Source: an uncultured Bacilli bacterium (GTDB lineage Bacteria > Bacillota_I > Bacilli_A > RF39 > UBA660). From it: a stretch of 39,216 nt of DNA. The position numbers and the translations under genes are program-made. The notes beneath the pieces were generated by a model that had not been told where the DNA came from, searched no databases, and was given only the letters and a program-made list of their open reading frames with translations. The stretch covers positions 1-39,216 of the forward strand of contig CANQZL010000002.1 in the NCBI GenBank assembly GCA_947628325.1. Reading direction: 5' to 3'. This document shows positions 10,877 through 19,007 of the stretch, piece after piece (within the stretch, counting starts at the first letter, position 1; each line of letters opens with the position of its first letter).

Positions 10877-10905
10877 ATTTTACTTTAATTTTATAAATTA
10901 GTCAA
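10877..10905 (-). promoter_or_regulatory. sigma-A type promoter of the 308-aa membrane protein gene
   Basis: On the minus strand, TTGACT (10905-10900), a 17-nt spacer, then TAAAAT (10882-10877). An A7T8 tract at 10916-10930 lies just upstream in the UP-element position. Confidence 0.5.
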
Positions 10906-10963
10906 ATTTCACTACAAAAAAATTTTTTTTAATTGTCTATTAACATTTTTCATTTACATTTAA

Positions 10964-12193
10964 TTATTTAAACTCTTTGGTAAAATTACCCTTTTCAAAA
11001 ATTTTTACTTCTTTGTTCTCTTTAGTTATGCCAGTTATTTTTAAATCTTCGGTTCCAATCATGAAGTCGACATGAACTAGACATTGGTTTAGATTATTTT
11101 GTAATAATTCTTTTTCTGTCATTTTAGTTCCATTTTTTATACATTCAGAAAATGATGCTCCAAGGGCAATATGACAAGAGGCGTTTTCATCAAATAATGT
11201 CTCATAAAATAAGATGCCTGATTTAGATATTTTAGAACTATAGTCAACTAAAGCAACTTCTCCTAAATAATTGGAATTTTTACATGATGAAAGTAAACTT
11301 TTTAAAATTTGTTCTCCCTTTTTAGCTTTACATTCAAGAGCTTTGCCATTTTTAAAACGAATCCAAAAACCATCGATTATATTATCTTGATAAGATAAAG
11401 GTTTACTTGCATAGACTATTCCATTAGCACTTTTATAATCTGGAGATGTAAATACTTCAAAAGATGGATAGTTTACTAAGATTTCTTTGCCATTTGTTAA
11501 AGTTTCTTTCCCAGAACACCAAACATGATTATCTGGTAGACCAATTTCAAAAGAAGTTCCGTTAGAACTTTCATATTTCAATTTTCTAAAGTCATAGGAA
11601 TTCAATTTATCACATCTTTTTGATAAAGAATTTATTCTTTCTTTAATTTTCTTAGTATAATCTGTACTTTTAATATCACAAATATCTAATATTTTATTCC
11701 ATAAATCTTTTACAGGATCTTGGCTATCAGGGAAAACTTTTTTGGCCCATGTTTCTGTAGGAACAGCAGCTATACACCAAGGTACTTGTAATTTTTCTCT
11801 TAAGTCATCAAATTCTTTACTAGTATTTAAGCTGTAAATACTCATTTCACTTAATTTTTCTGAGTCAATATCACTCATTAGTCCTGGCATTTCAGAAGCA
11901 AGCATAATAAAAGCAGCTCCTTTTTTAGCATATTCATTCCATACTTCTTTATTCCAAAAAGTCATTTTCTTTAAATCATCGACATCTAAGTATTTTAAAG
12001 CTAAATGCTTAAGAGATGGATCATATAAATCAAAATAAACATCTTTAACCCCTATTTTGTAAGCTTCTTCAGCTAAAATGTTAACAAAATCTCGTACTTC
12101 AACATTAGCACTAATAAATAAAGGTTGATTCTTTTCTACTTTTAAACAAGTATTTAATATAACATCTGCATATTTTACTAAAAGTTTTTCCAT
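10964..12193 (-). CDS. aminopeptidase, M29 family (AmpS/PepS-like)
   Basis: Collinear with the B. subtilis AmpS pattern: N-terminal LVKYADVILNTCLKVEKNQPL, C-terminal GEVALV....LFYETLFDENASCHIALG and LVHVDFMIG. ATG 12193 has a strong AGGAAAAGAGGA SD. The ORF-track start at 12226 is a TTG with no SD. Confidence 0.9.
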   Translation of the reverse strand: MEKLLVKYADVILNTCLKVEKNQPLFISANVEVRDFVNILAEEAYKIGVKDVYFDLYDPSLKHLALKYLDVDDLKKMTFWNKEVWNEYAKKGAAFIMLASEMPGLMSDIDSEKLSEMSIYSLNTSKEFDDLREKLQVPWCIAAVPTETWAKKVFPDSQDPVKDLWNKILDICDIKSTDYTKKIKERINSLSKRCDKLNSYDFRKLKYESSNGTSFEIGLPDNHVWCSGKETLTNGKEILVNYPSFEVFTSPDYKSANGIVYASKPLSYQDNIIDGFWIRFKNGKALECKAKKGEQILKSLLSSCKNSNYLGEVALVDYSSKISKSGILFYETLFDENASCHIALGASFSECIKNGTKMTEKELLQNNLNQCLVHVDFMIGTEDLKITGITKENKEVKIFEKGNFTKEFK

Positions 12194-12246
12194 ATTTTTC
12201 CTCTTTTCCTTATTAGTATAACACAAAAGATATAAAATTATGTTTT

Positions 12247-12271
12247 AAAAACATCTGTTAAAAAACAGATG
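12247..12271 (-). terminator. rho-independent terminator after the flippase gene
   Basis: Stem catctgtt (12252-12259) / aacagatg (12264-12271), loop aaaa, followed on the minus strand by a T-run (plus-strand A5 at 12247-12251). Confidence 0.55.
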
Positions 12272-12281
12272 CTTTAAATAA

Positions 12282-13955
12282 TTAATCTTTTACCTTATAT
12301 TTACCAAAGGTTATCTTTTTTAAAATATTGTTATATAGATTTGCTCCTAATACTCTTTTTAAAGTTCCCTTCTTATTAAGAATTCCTAGGTATATAATTC
12401 CACCTACTAAAGTATTAATAGCTATATATATTATACATGATAGACGACTATCATAGTTAATAGGAATAATCTTTTTAAAGATAATAACACTTAATATCAT
12501 AAGTAAGGTTGGAATAATTAATTCAATAACTAAGCTGATTGATTTACGATAATGTAAATCATGTTCACTTCTTAATTTTAATAAAGTATATAAAGAAGCT
12601 GTACTATAACCAATAATACTGGCTATAGAGGCACCTAGATATGGTGGTAAGCCTAATTTATTTAATAAAAGAATCATTGGGACATCTAGTAAAGCATTTA
12701 GAACAAAACCTAAAATAGCTGAAGTATAAACCATTTTAAATTTATTTAATGATTGTAATGTAGAACTAGTTATCATATAGATATTGGCAAATAAAGTTAC
12801 AAATACTGTAACGGATAAAATTATTGGCCCAGCAATATTTTTAAGACCATAGAAAACACTCCATACTGGTTTTGCTAATAATGAAAGACCAACACTCATG
12901 GGTAGTGAGACCATTATAATAATTTGTAAAGCTTGATTAAGTTTACTATTTACTTCTTTAAAATTTTTTAAAGTAAAGGCACTAACTATTGTAGGTATTA
13001 AACTAACTGTCATGCCAATAGCAATAGATGAAACTATCATATTTATTTTAGGAGCCCAAGTAGTTATTGAACTTGTAACAAATTCAACAGTTGAAGCATC
13101 CATTCCTAAGTAATTCATTGTTCTTAAAATTAAAACCATATCAACAAAATTATATATACTAAAAATTGTATTAATAATTATAAAAGGTACAGCATATGTA
13201 ATAATTTTTTTAACAATCGTTTTATTAGTTACATTATCTTTTTCTTTATATTCTTTGATACCTAAAGTTTTTTTATTTTCTTTAATTTTTCTTAAAACAT
13301 ATATATAAGCTACTAAGGCACCAAAGAAAGCACCAGATACAGCAATACAGACGGCTATTGTTTCTTTTACTTTAAAGACATGTAAAGCTAAATAAACACC
13401 AACTAAAATAACGAGAATTCTTACTACTTGTTCTATTATTTGACTAATAGATGAGACATTAATTATTTTGTGTCCTTGTAAATATCCTTTACTAACACTT
13501 AAGAAAGGAACAACTAAAATAGCAAAAGAGACACATCTAATAGCTAGCATTACATCTTCTATTGTGTTTCCACCACTTAAATCTCCTAAAAGTAAAGTAG
13601 CTATTGGTCTAGCAAAAATAATTAGGATCATAAATATGACAATTGCTAAAAACATTAATATTGTTTTACCAAGGCGATAGGCTCTTTGTTTAGCTTCCAT
13701 CATTCCTAAAGTATCATATTCTCCAATTAGTTTACTAATAGCAATTGGTAAACCAGCAGTTGATATATCTAAAAAGATTACATAAATATTGTAAGCATAT
13801 GCGTATAAAGCACTTCCCTGAATAGTTAACATAGCATAAAAAGGAATAACATAAAGCATTCCAAGTATTTTAACAATAACAATTGCTAATGTTGCAATAA
13901 TTGTTCCTTCAACAAAAGAACTTTTTTTCATCTTAAACCACTCATTTTTCTTCAT
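12282..13955 (-). CDS. MOP-superfamily polysaccharide/lipid-II flippase (MurJ/SpoVB/YtgP-like)
   Basis: 557 aa with about 14 predicted TM helices. The N-terminal FVEGTIIATLAIVIVKILGMLYVIPFY...GLPIAISKLIGEY is typical of SpoVB/YtgP-type proteins. The start could also be the second Met run (MKKSSF, 13931). Confidence 0.85.
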   Translation of the reverse strand: MKKNEWFKMKKSSFVEGTIIATLAIVIVKILGMLYVIPFYAMLTIQGSALYAYAYNIYVIFLDISTAGLPIAISKLIGEYDTLGMMEAKQRAYRLGKTILMFLAIVIFMILIIFARPIATLLLGDLSGGNTIEDVMLAIRCVSFAILVVPFLSVSKGYLQGHKIINVSSISQIIEQVVRILVILVGVYLALHVFKVKETIAVCIAVSGAFFGALVAYIYVLRKIKENKKTLGIKEYKEKDNVTNKTIVKKIITYAVPFIIINTIFSIYNFVDMVLILRTMNYLGMDASTVEFVTSSITTWAPKINMIVSSIAIGMTVSLIPTIVSAFTLKNFKEVNSKLNQALQIIIMVSLPMSVGLSLLAKPVWSVFYGLKNIAGPIILSVTVFVTLFANIYMITSSTLQSLNKFKMVYTSAILGFVLNALLDVPMILLLNKLGLPPYLGASIASIIGYSTASLYTLLKLRSEHDLHYRKSISLVIELIIPTLLMILSVIIFKKIIPINYDSRLSCIIYIAINTLVGGIIYLGILNKKGTLKRVLGANLYNNILKKITFGKYKVKD

Positions 13956-14175
13956 ATATCACCATTGCTAAATAAAATATTTGTCTAATTCATATTTAAG
14001 CAAGTTGATATTCGTTATAGATTATATCATAAATATTAAGATAAACAAAATTATCAATCATCTTAAATTAAAATATTTGACAAATATTTTATGCCCTTCT
14101 TACTAAAAAGAACATTATCATAAAAAAATAGCATTTTTAGTCGAATAATGTTAAAATTAGGTTTAGGGTGATTTT

Positions 14176-15165
14176 ATGGCATTCTATTCATATATTTTTA
14201 GTGCTAATTATAAAGGTTTTAAAGATAAATTAAAAAGTGTTGCTAAAAAGAATAATAAATTATACTTAAGTCTTTTATTTGATACATATTATAGTATAGT
14301 ACGTTATGGTATAGGATTAACTGACTATTTAAATTATGAATTTTATAAAAAGAAACATAAAGAACGTAAGGAATATGCAGGAATTAAAGTTCAAGATGAG
14401 TTTTATGAAACAGTTTCTCCTAGTGCTTATAAGAAAAGATATACTATAAAGCCAGATTTCTTAGCTGATTTTAAAAAATATACTAAAAGAGATTTTATAG
14501 TTCCTGAGAAATGTAGTTTAGAAGAATTTAAGAGTTTTTTAAAAAGACATAAGGTATTTATGAGTAAACCTTATGATGGACTTGGAGGAGCTCAAGTATT
14601 AAAAGTATCTAGTAAAGATATTGAAGATGTTAAGAAATACTATGATGATTGTAAAAATAATCGTATTTTTTTAGAAGAAGTAGTAAAACAAAATGAAGAG
14701 TTAAATAGATTGTGTCCAACATCTTGTAATACTATTAGAATTATGACTTTTAATAATCATGGTAAAGCTGAGATATTATGGGCTGGATTAAGAATTGGTA
14801 ATGGTATTAATAGTGTAGATAATTTTCATGCAGGAGGAATGGCAACAGAAATAGATTTGAAAACTGGTAAGCTTATTAGACCGGCTTTAAATAAAGATTT
14901 AAAAGAATTTACTCATCATCCAACGACTAAAGTTCAAATAGAAGGATTTAAAATACCTTATTTTGAGGAAGTTAAAAAGATGGTCAAAGAAGCCGCTTTG
15001 GAATCTGATAAAATATTAGTAGTTGGTTGGGATGTAGCAATAGCTACTGATGGTCCTCTTATAATTGAAGGGAATCGTCGACCAGGCTTTGACGTTGTTC
15101 AAGTTGCAAGTAGACGTGGAAGAATGGATATCATAAGAGATGTTTATGCAAAGTTAAATAAATAA
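14176..15165 (+). CDS. ATP-grasp domain protein (sugar-transfer-associated ATP-grasp type)
   Basis: The segment RIMTFNNHGKAEILWAGLRIGNGINSVDNFHAGGMATEIDLKTGKL ... IEGNRRPG matches my recollection of the ATPgrasp_ST family core. TAGGGTGA SD. It is one of only two plus-strand CDSs in the window. Confidence 0.7.
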   Translation: MAFYSYIFSANYKGFKDKLKSVAKKNNKLYLSLLFDTYYSIVRYGIGLTDYLNYEFYKKKHKERKEYAGIKVQDEFYETVSPSAYKKRYTIKPDFLADFKKYTKRDFIVPEKCSLEEFKSFLKRHKVFMSKPYDGLGGAQVLKVSSKDIEDVKKYYDDCKNNRIFLEEVVKQNEELNRLCPTSCNTIRIMTFNNHGKAEILWAGLRIGNGINSVDNFHAGGMATEIDLKTGKLIRPALNKDLKEFTHHPTTKVQIEGFKIPYFEEVKKMVKEAALESDKILVVGWDVAIATDGPLIIEGNRRPGFDVVQVASRRGRMDIIRDVYAKLNK

Positions 15166-15193
15166 AACTTCTAGTAAGAAACTAGAAGTTTTT
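15164..15193. terminator. bidirectional terminator between convergent genes
   Basis: Stem aaaacttctagt (15164-15175) / actagaagtttt (15181-15192), loop aagaa, with A/T runs on both sides. Confidence 0.6.
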
Positions 15194-15199
15194 AAATTC

Positions 15200-16210
15200 T
15201 TAATTATTTAGTTTAAAAATGTCACCTAATTTAACTTCGCCTTTGTAAGTATCTTTCTTAAATGATACTTCTGGGTTTTCATTTCCCCCACTAGCGACGG
15301 TTGTTTTTGGTTCATAAGAATCAATTATTGCACCAAGTTCACTATATATTTGATCAGCACTTTGAGCATTACCTGTATCAAATATTGTAAATTCAACAGT
15401 AACGTTTTCAGCTAATTTGGCAATTACTATAACTGCTTCATCAGCTACATATACTAAATATTTTTTCCCATTAGCAGTTACTTCATTATATTGAATATTA
15501 GATAAGCCAACACTTGTTGAAAGTTCTTCAGCAATAGATGCTTTATTTTCAGCATATTTATTATAATCAGTATTATGAATAATTACATAATATGGAATAT
15601 TTGTTTTATTAGAAGTAATTACAAATAATGTTAATTCTTCACTATATGTATAATTATCTAATTTTTTAAATCTGTATTGTCCATAATCATAATATTGATT
15701 TTCATCAGCTATGACATTTTTATCGTCATCTGTTTTTTCATCTTCATCATCTTTGTTATCTTTGTCTTCTTCATCAGCAGTTTTATCATCATCTTTATCT
15801 TTTTCTTCATCTTTGTTATCTTTTTTATCAGTTTCAGTAACTTTTGTGTCATTATCCCCATCATTATTAGCCTTAGGGCCAAATATTAAGAAACATCCAA
15901 CAACAATAATTAATCCAAGTAAAACGATAATAACTATCATTAATATGGTATTACTTTTTTTTGGTTGAACTGGTGGTTCTTGAGGTGTCATTGGTTGAGC
16001 TGGTTGCCCAACTGGTTGAGCTGGTTGGACAGCTGGTTGCCCAACTGGTTGAGCCACACTTGTATTATTATTTACAGGTGGTTGAGTTACTTGAGTGTTA
16101 ACATTATTTACTTGATTTACTTCTGGAGTAGCATTATTTTCTCCACATATTTGACAAAAAGTTGCTCCTTCTGGTAATATTGCTCCACATTTTCTACAAT
16201 TCATATTCAT
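15200..16210 (-). CDS. zinc-ribbon domain membrane protein (Zn-ribbon, Pro/Gln linker, TM, acidic linker, extracellular domain)
   Basis: N-terminal CRKCG...FCQICG (CxxC-x12-CxxC), a PVGQPA-type repeat linker, a TM helix (ILMIVIIVLLGLIIVVGCFLIF), a D/K/E-rich tract, then an unassigned ~170-aa C-terminal domain. The AGAGGAG SD is better spaced for the second ATG (16204) than for 16210. Confidence 0.8.
   Translation of the reverse strand: MNMNCRKCGAILPEGATFCQICGENNATPEVNQVNNVNTQVTQPPVNNNTSVAQPVGQPAVQPAQPVGQPAQPMTPQEPPVQPKKSNTILMIVIIVLLGLIIVVGCFLIFGPKANNDGDNDTKVTETDKKDNKDEEKDKDDDKTADEEDKDNKDDEDEKTDDDKNVIADENQYYDYGQYRFKKLDNYTYSEELTLFVITSNKTNIPYYVIIHNTDYNKYAENKASIAEELSTSVGLSNIQYNEVTANGKKYLVYVADEAVIVIAKLAENVTVEFTIFDTGNAQSADQIYSELGAIIDSYEPKTTVASGGNENPEVSFKKDTYKGEVKLGDIFKLNN
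15962..16055 (-). repeat. in-frame imperfect tandem repeat (CTGGTTG-based) encoding the Pro/Gln/Val/Gly linker
   Basis: A perfect 22-nt direct repeat ctggttgcccaactggttgagc at 16000-16021 and 16033-16054, with tggttg hexamers recurring from 15962 to 16052. It forms a locally GC-rich island. Confidence 0.7.
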
Positions 16211-16265
16211 ACTCCTCTTTATTTTCTTATTTTTTCTATTAAGATTTTAACACATTTATTTTAGA

Positions 16266-18359
16266 TTAATCAAGTTTAATCAAACTAGATACTGTCGACT
16301 TACCATAAATATCGTAAATCATAAATAAGCAATAATATTCCCCAGTTCCATCTAAAGAAGTAAATTCAAAGTCTACTTCATCTATTTTTCCTTCATAGCC
16401 ATAATACGTTGAATACCCTTGCCAGTCGGTCATATAATTGCCGTTATCATCAAACATTTTATACCAATATGTCATAAATTCATAGTGAGTATAGTCTTTA
16501 GGATTTATTATTATACCTTGTGGTTGTTCAGCTGATTTACTAGTAACGCTCGAAATAAATGGTTTATTATCTTTAACCCCAAAATAATAATTGGCTTGAT
16601 CGATAATAAAATTACCATTTTCAAAATTAGAAATAGTTCCTAAAGTTAAATATTTTTCTTCTCCATCTTCCGAAACATCAAAAACTTGGAGATAGGCATC
16701 ATCTATTACTTGACCATCATGAACTACATCTTTAAGTTTAATTATTTTATTAGTAATATTTGTTTTTAAGATGCCATCATCTGTTAAAGTAGCATTATCT
16801 GAGTAAAAGACAGGCATATAATATTCATCATTCATTTTTCTAACTACCAAATATCTTGAATGAGCATATTCATTTATTTGTTCATCAGTAAGTTGAAGAG
16901 AGAATTCATTTCCTTCTACTTGAGTTTCTTTATTAACAACTGCTCCAGATATTAAAGATTTACTGCTACCATTTAGTTTATAATTAGAGAATTTATTTAT
17001 AAATGATTTATATTTTTCACCTATTTCTAAATCATCATAAACTTTTAAGTAATAAGATATATCTTGGGCACTACCTTTATAAGGAAAGTAAATAGAAAGA
17101 CCATTAATATCTTCTTTATTACTCCAATTAAAGATAATAGCATTATCTAAAGCATCTAAGACTTTTGTCTTATCATAATCGGAATATTTAGCTAATTGGT
17201 TAACAAAGTCATATAAATCAATGGTATCTATGTAATTAGAACCTGCTACTTCAGCAAACTGATGAATATTGGCTCTAATTTTAGAGATATTACTATAATT
17301 ATCTTTTACGTCAATACTATCAAAAAACTTTTCTAATTCTTTATATACAGCCTCTATTTTAGATAAGTCAATTATAGAATAACAACTAAGATAGTCATCA
17401 AAAGGATCTGCTGTTCCCATGAAATCTTCATATGAAGAAATATATTTTTTACTAAAATCAATAGCTGTGTCTTCTACTTCAACATCATTTAAGAAATCTA
17501 AGACACTTTCTATTTTACCCATCCAAATAACTTCTTCGGATGCTACTAAGTAATTAGCATAAGGAGCTAAAGTTGAAGCAACTTCAATATTACCCATTAA
17601 ACAAGCTCTAAATAAAATTAATTCTAGTTTATTGTTCTTCTTAAATGGACTATTACTTAAAGCTTTTTCAAATTCACTAACTGTTATTATATCGTTAGGA
17701 TTAAAATCATCTACGACTGCTCCATCTAACGCGTTACCATGATCATAAACAATTAAATCATAGTGATCAGTTTTATAATTTTCATAGCAATAATCTAGGA
17801 AATCTTGTAAAGTATCGGCATCACTCATATTTTTTTGTTCATAAGATTCTAATTTTTCAAAACCATCTTTTTTTAAGATATATATAGCATTTTCATCATT
17901 TTTTATAAAATTATGCCATTTTTTAGTTCCTCCAGTATATAAAAGAATATTAAGATTATCTAAATCAACTTCTTCACCAGATAAGGTACTTAAATCAGTT
18001 GTTGCTGCTTCAACTTCAGATTCTAAATTTGTAGGACTAGCATAAATCATAACAGTTCTACTACCACCTGTTAAAATCGTTTCAGGATTTTCATGTGGAG
18101 CTAATTTTTTTATAACTAAAAATGTAAACATACCTATTACAATAAAAACTAATAAAACTATTATTACTTTAAGAGTATTGTTATCTTTATTAGAAGGAGT
18201 TGGTTTACTAACTTGAACACTATTATTTATAACATTATTATTTACATTGTTTAAAGAACTATTAACGTTATTGTTTAAAATATTGTCTACTCTTTCACCA
18301 CAATTAAAACAAAAAGATACATTATCATCTAACTTAGTACCACATTTTTTACAATACAT
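16266..18359 (-). CDS. membrane-anchored clostripain-like (C11 family) cysteine peptidase with N-terminal zinc ribbon
   Basis: N-terminal CKKCG...FCFNCG ribbon, an Asn-rich linker and a TM helix (VIIVLLVFIVIGMFTFLVI). The clan-CD pattern follows: RTVMIYASPTNLE, YDLIVYDHGNALDG (His207, nt 17739-17741) and LILFRACLMGN (Cys253, nt 17601-17603). Confidence 0.85.
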   Translation of the reverse strand: MYCKKCGTKLDDNVSFCFNCGERVDNILNNNVNSSLNNVNNNVINNSVQVSKPTPSNKDNNTLKVIIVLLVFIVIGMFTFLVIKKLAPHENPETILTGGSRTVMIYASPTNLESEVEAATTDLSTLSGEEVDLDNLNILLYTGGTKKWHNFIKNDENAIYILKKDGFEKLESYEQKNMSDADTLQDFLDYCYENYKTDHYDLIVYDHGNALDGAVVDDFNPNDIITVSEFEKALSNSPFKKNNKLELILFRACLMGNIEVASTLAPYANYLVASEEVIWMGKIESVLDFLNDVEVEDTAIDFSKKYISSYEDFMGTADPFDDYLSCYSIIDLSKIEAVYKELEKFFDSIDVKDNYSNISKIRANIHQFAEVAGSNYIDTIDLYDFVNQLAKYSDYDKTKVLDALDNAIIFNWSNKEDINGLSIYFPYKGSAQDISYYLKVYDDLEIGEKYKSFINKFSNYKLNGSSKSLISGAVVNKETQVEGNEFSLQLTDEQINEYAHSRYLVVRKMNDEYYMPVFYSDNATLTDDGILKTNITNKIIKLKDVVHDGQVIDDAYLQVFDVSEDGEEKYLTLGTISNFENGNFIIDQANYYFGVKDNKPFISSVTSKSAEQPQGIIINPKDYTHYEFMTYWYKMFDDNGNYMTDWQGYSTYYGYEGKIDEVDFEFTSLDGTGEYYCLFMIYDIYGKSTVSSLIKLD

Positions 18360-18445
18360 TTAAAACACCACTCTTTATCATTTTCACTATATCATATTTT
18401 TATAACTATTAGTTCATAATAAACTAAACTTTACTTATTAAATTT

Positions 18446-18468
18446 AAAAGAACGTCAAGAAGACGTTC
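18446..18468 (-). terminator. rho-independent terminator after the hlyIII/GT2/YcxB-like operon
   Basis: Stem gaacgtc (18450-18456) / gacgttc (18462-18468), loop aagaa, followed on the minus strand by TTTT. It lies 6 nt downstream of the 173-aa ORF stop. Confidence 0.55.
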
Positions 18469-18473
18469 CAATC

Positions 18474-18995
18474 TTATTTAATTATTAGTTCATTTTTATT
18501 ATATTTATTAAGAGCTTTTAAAAGGTTATCTTTTTGTTTAATACTTAAATAGAAAAAACAAGGTGTATCAGTTAAAATTGTTATTGAATATTTCTTTATA
18601 ACTATAGCTTTTATCTTTGACCAATCAATACCTACTTTAATATCAAATACAGATATATAAGTAATTCCTTCTTCATTAAGAATAATTGATTTCCTAATTT
18701 TTCTTTTTTTATTTATTTGATACATTGATAAAGCTTTTATAAAATTAAATATTAAATAGACAAAAGCAATTAAAACTATGATAGACATTAAATAATAATT
18801 ACAAATATTATTAGAAATAGTTAAAAATAATAAACCTAAAATAATTAAAAAGACAAAAATAAGTAAGACACTTATAAAATAATTCATACAATCAGTTTTC
18901 TTTTTCTTTAAAATTGTATATTTATTTAATGCTACTCCTTTAGCTTCACTATAACATTTAAAAAAACCTTTATTTATATAACAATTAATTTCCAT
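18474..18995 (-). CDS. small membrane protein, YcxB-like topology
   Basis: Two central TM helices followed by a beta-rich C-terminal part (GITYISVFDIKVGIDWSKIKAIVIKKYSITILTD), as in YcxB-like proteins. Strong AAAGGAGAAG SD. The family call is tentative. Confidence 0.6.
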   Translation of the reverse strand: MEINCYINKGFFKCYSEAKGVALNKYTILKKKKTDCMNYFISVLLIFVFLIILGLLFLTISNNICNYYLMSIIVLIAFVYLIFNFIKALSMYQINKKRKIRKSIILNEEGITYISVFDIKVGIDWSKIKAIVIKKYSITILTDTPCFFYLSIKQKDNLLKALNKYNKNELIIK

Positions 18996-19007
18996 ACTTC
19001 TTCTCCT

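Noticed and set aside
10913-10931. A7T8 palindrome considered as the terminator of the aminopeptidase gene
   Set aside because: The stem would be A-U only with no loop and no GC core. It is more plausibly an UP-like tract for the downstream promoter.
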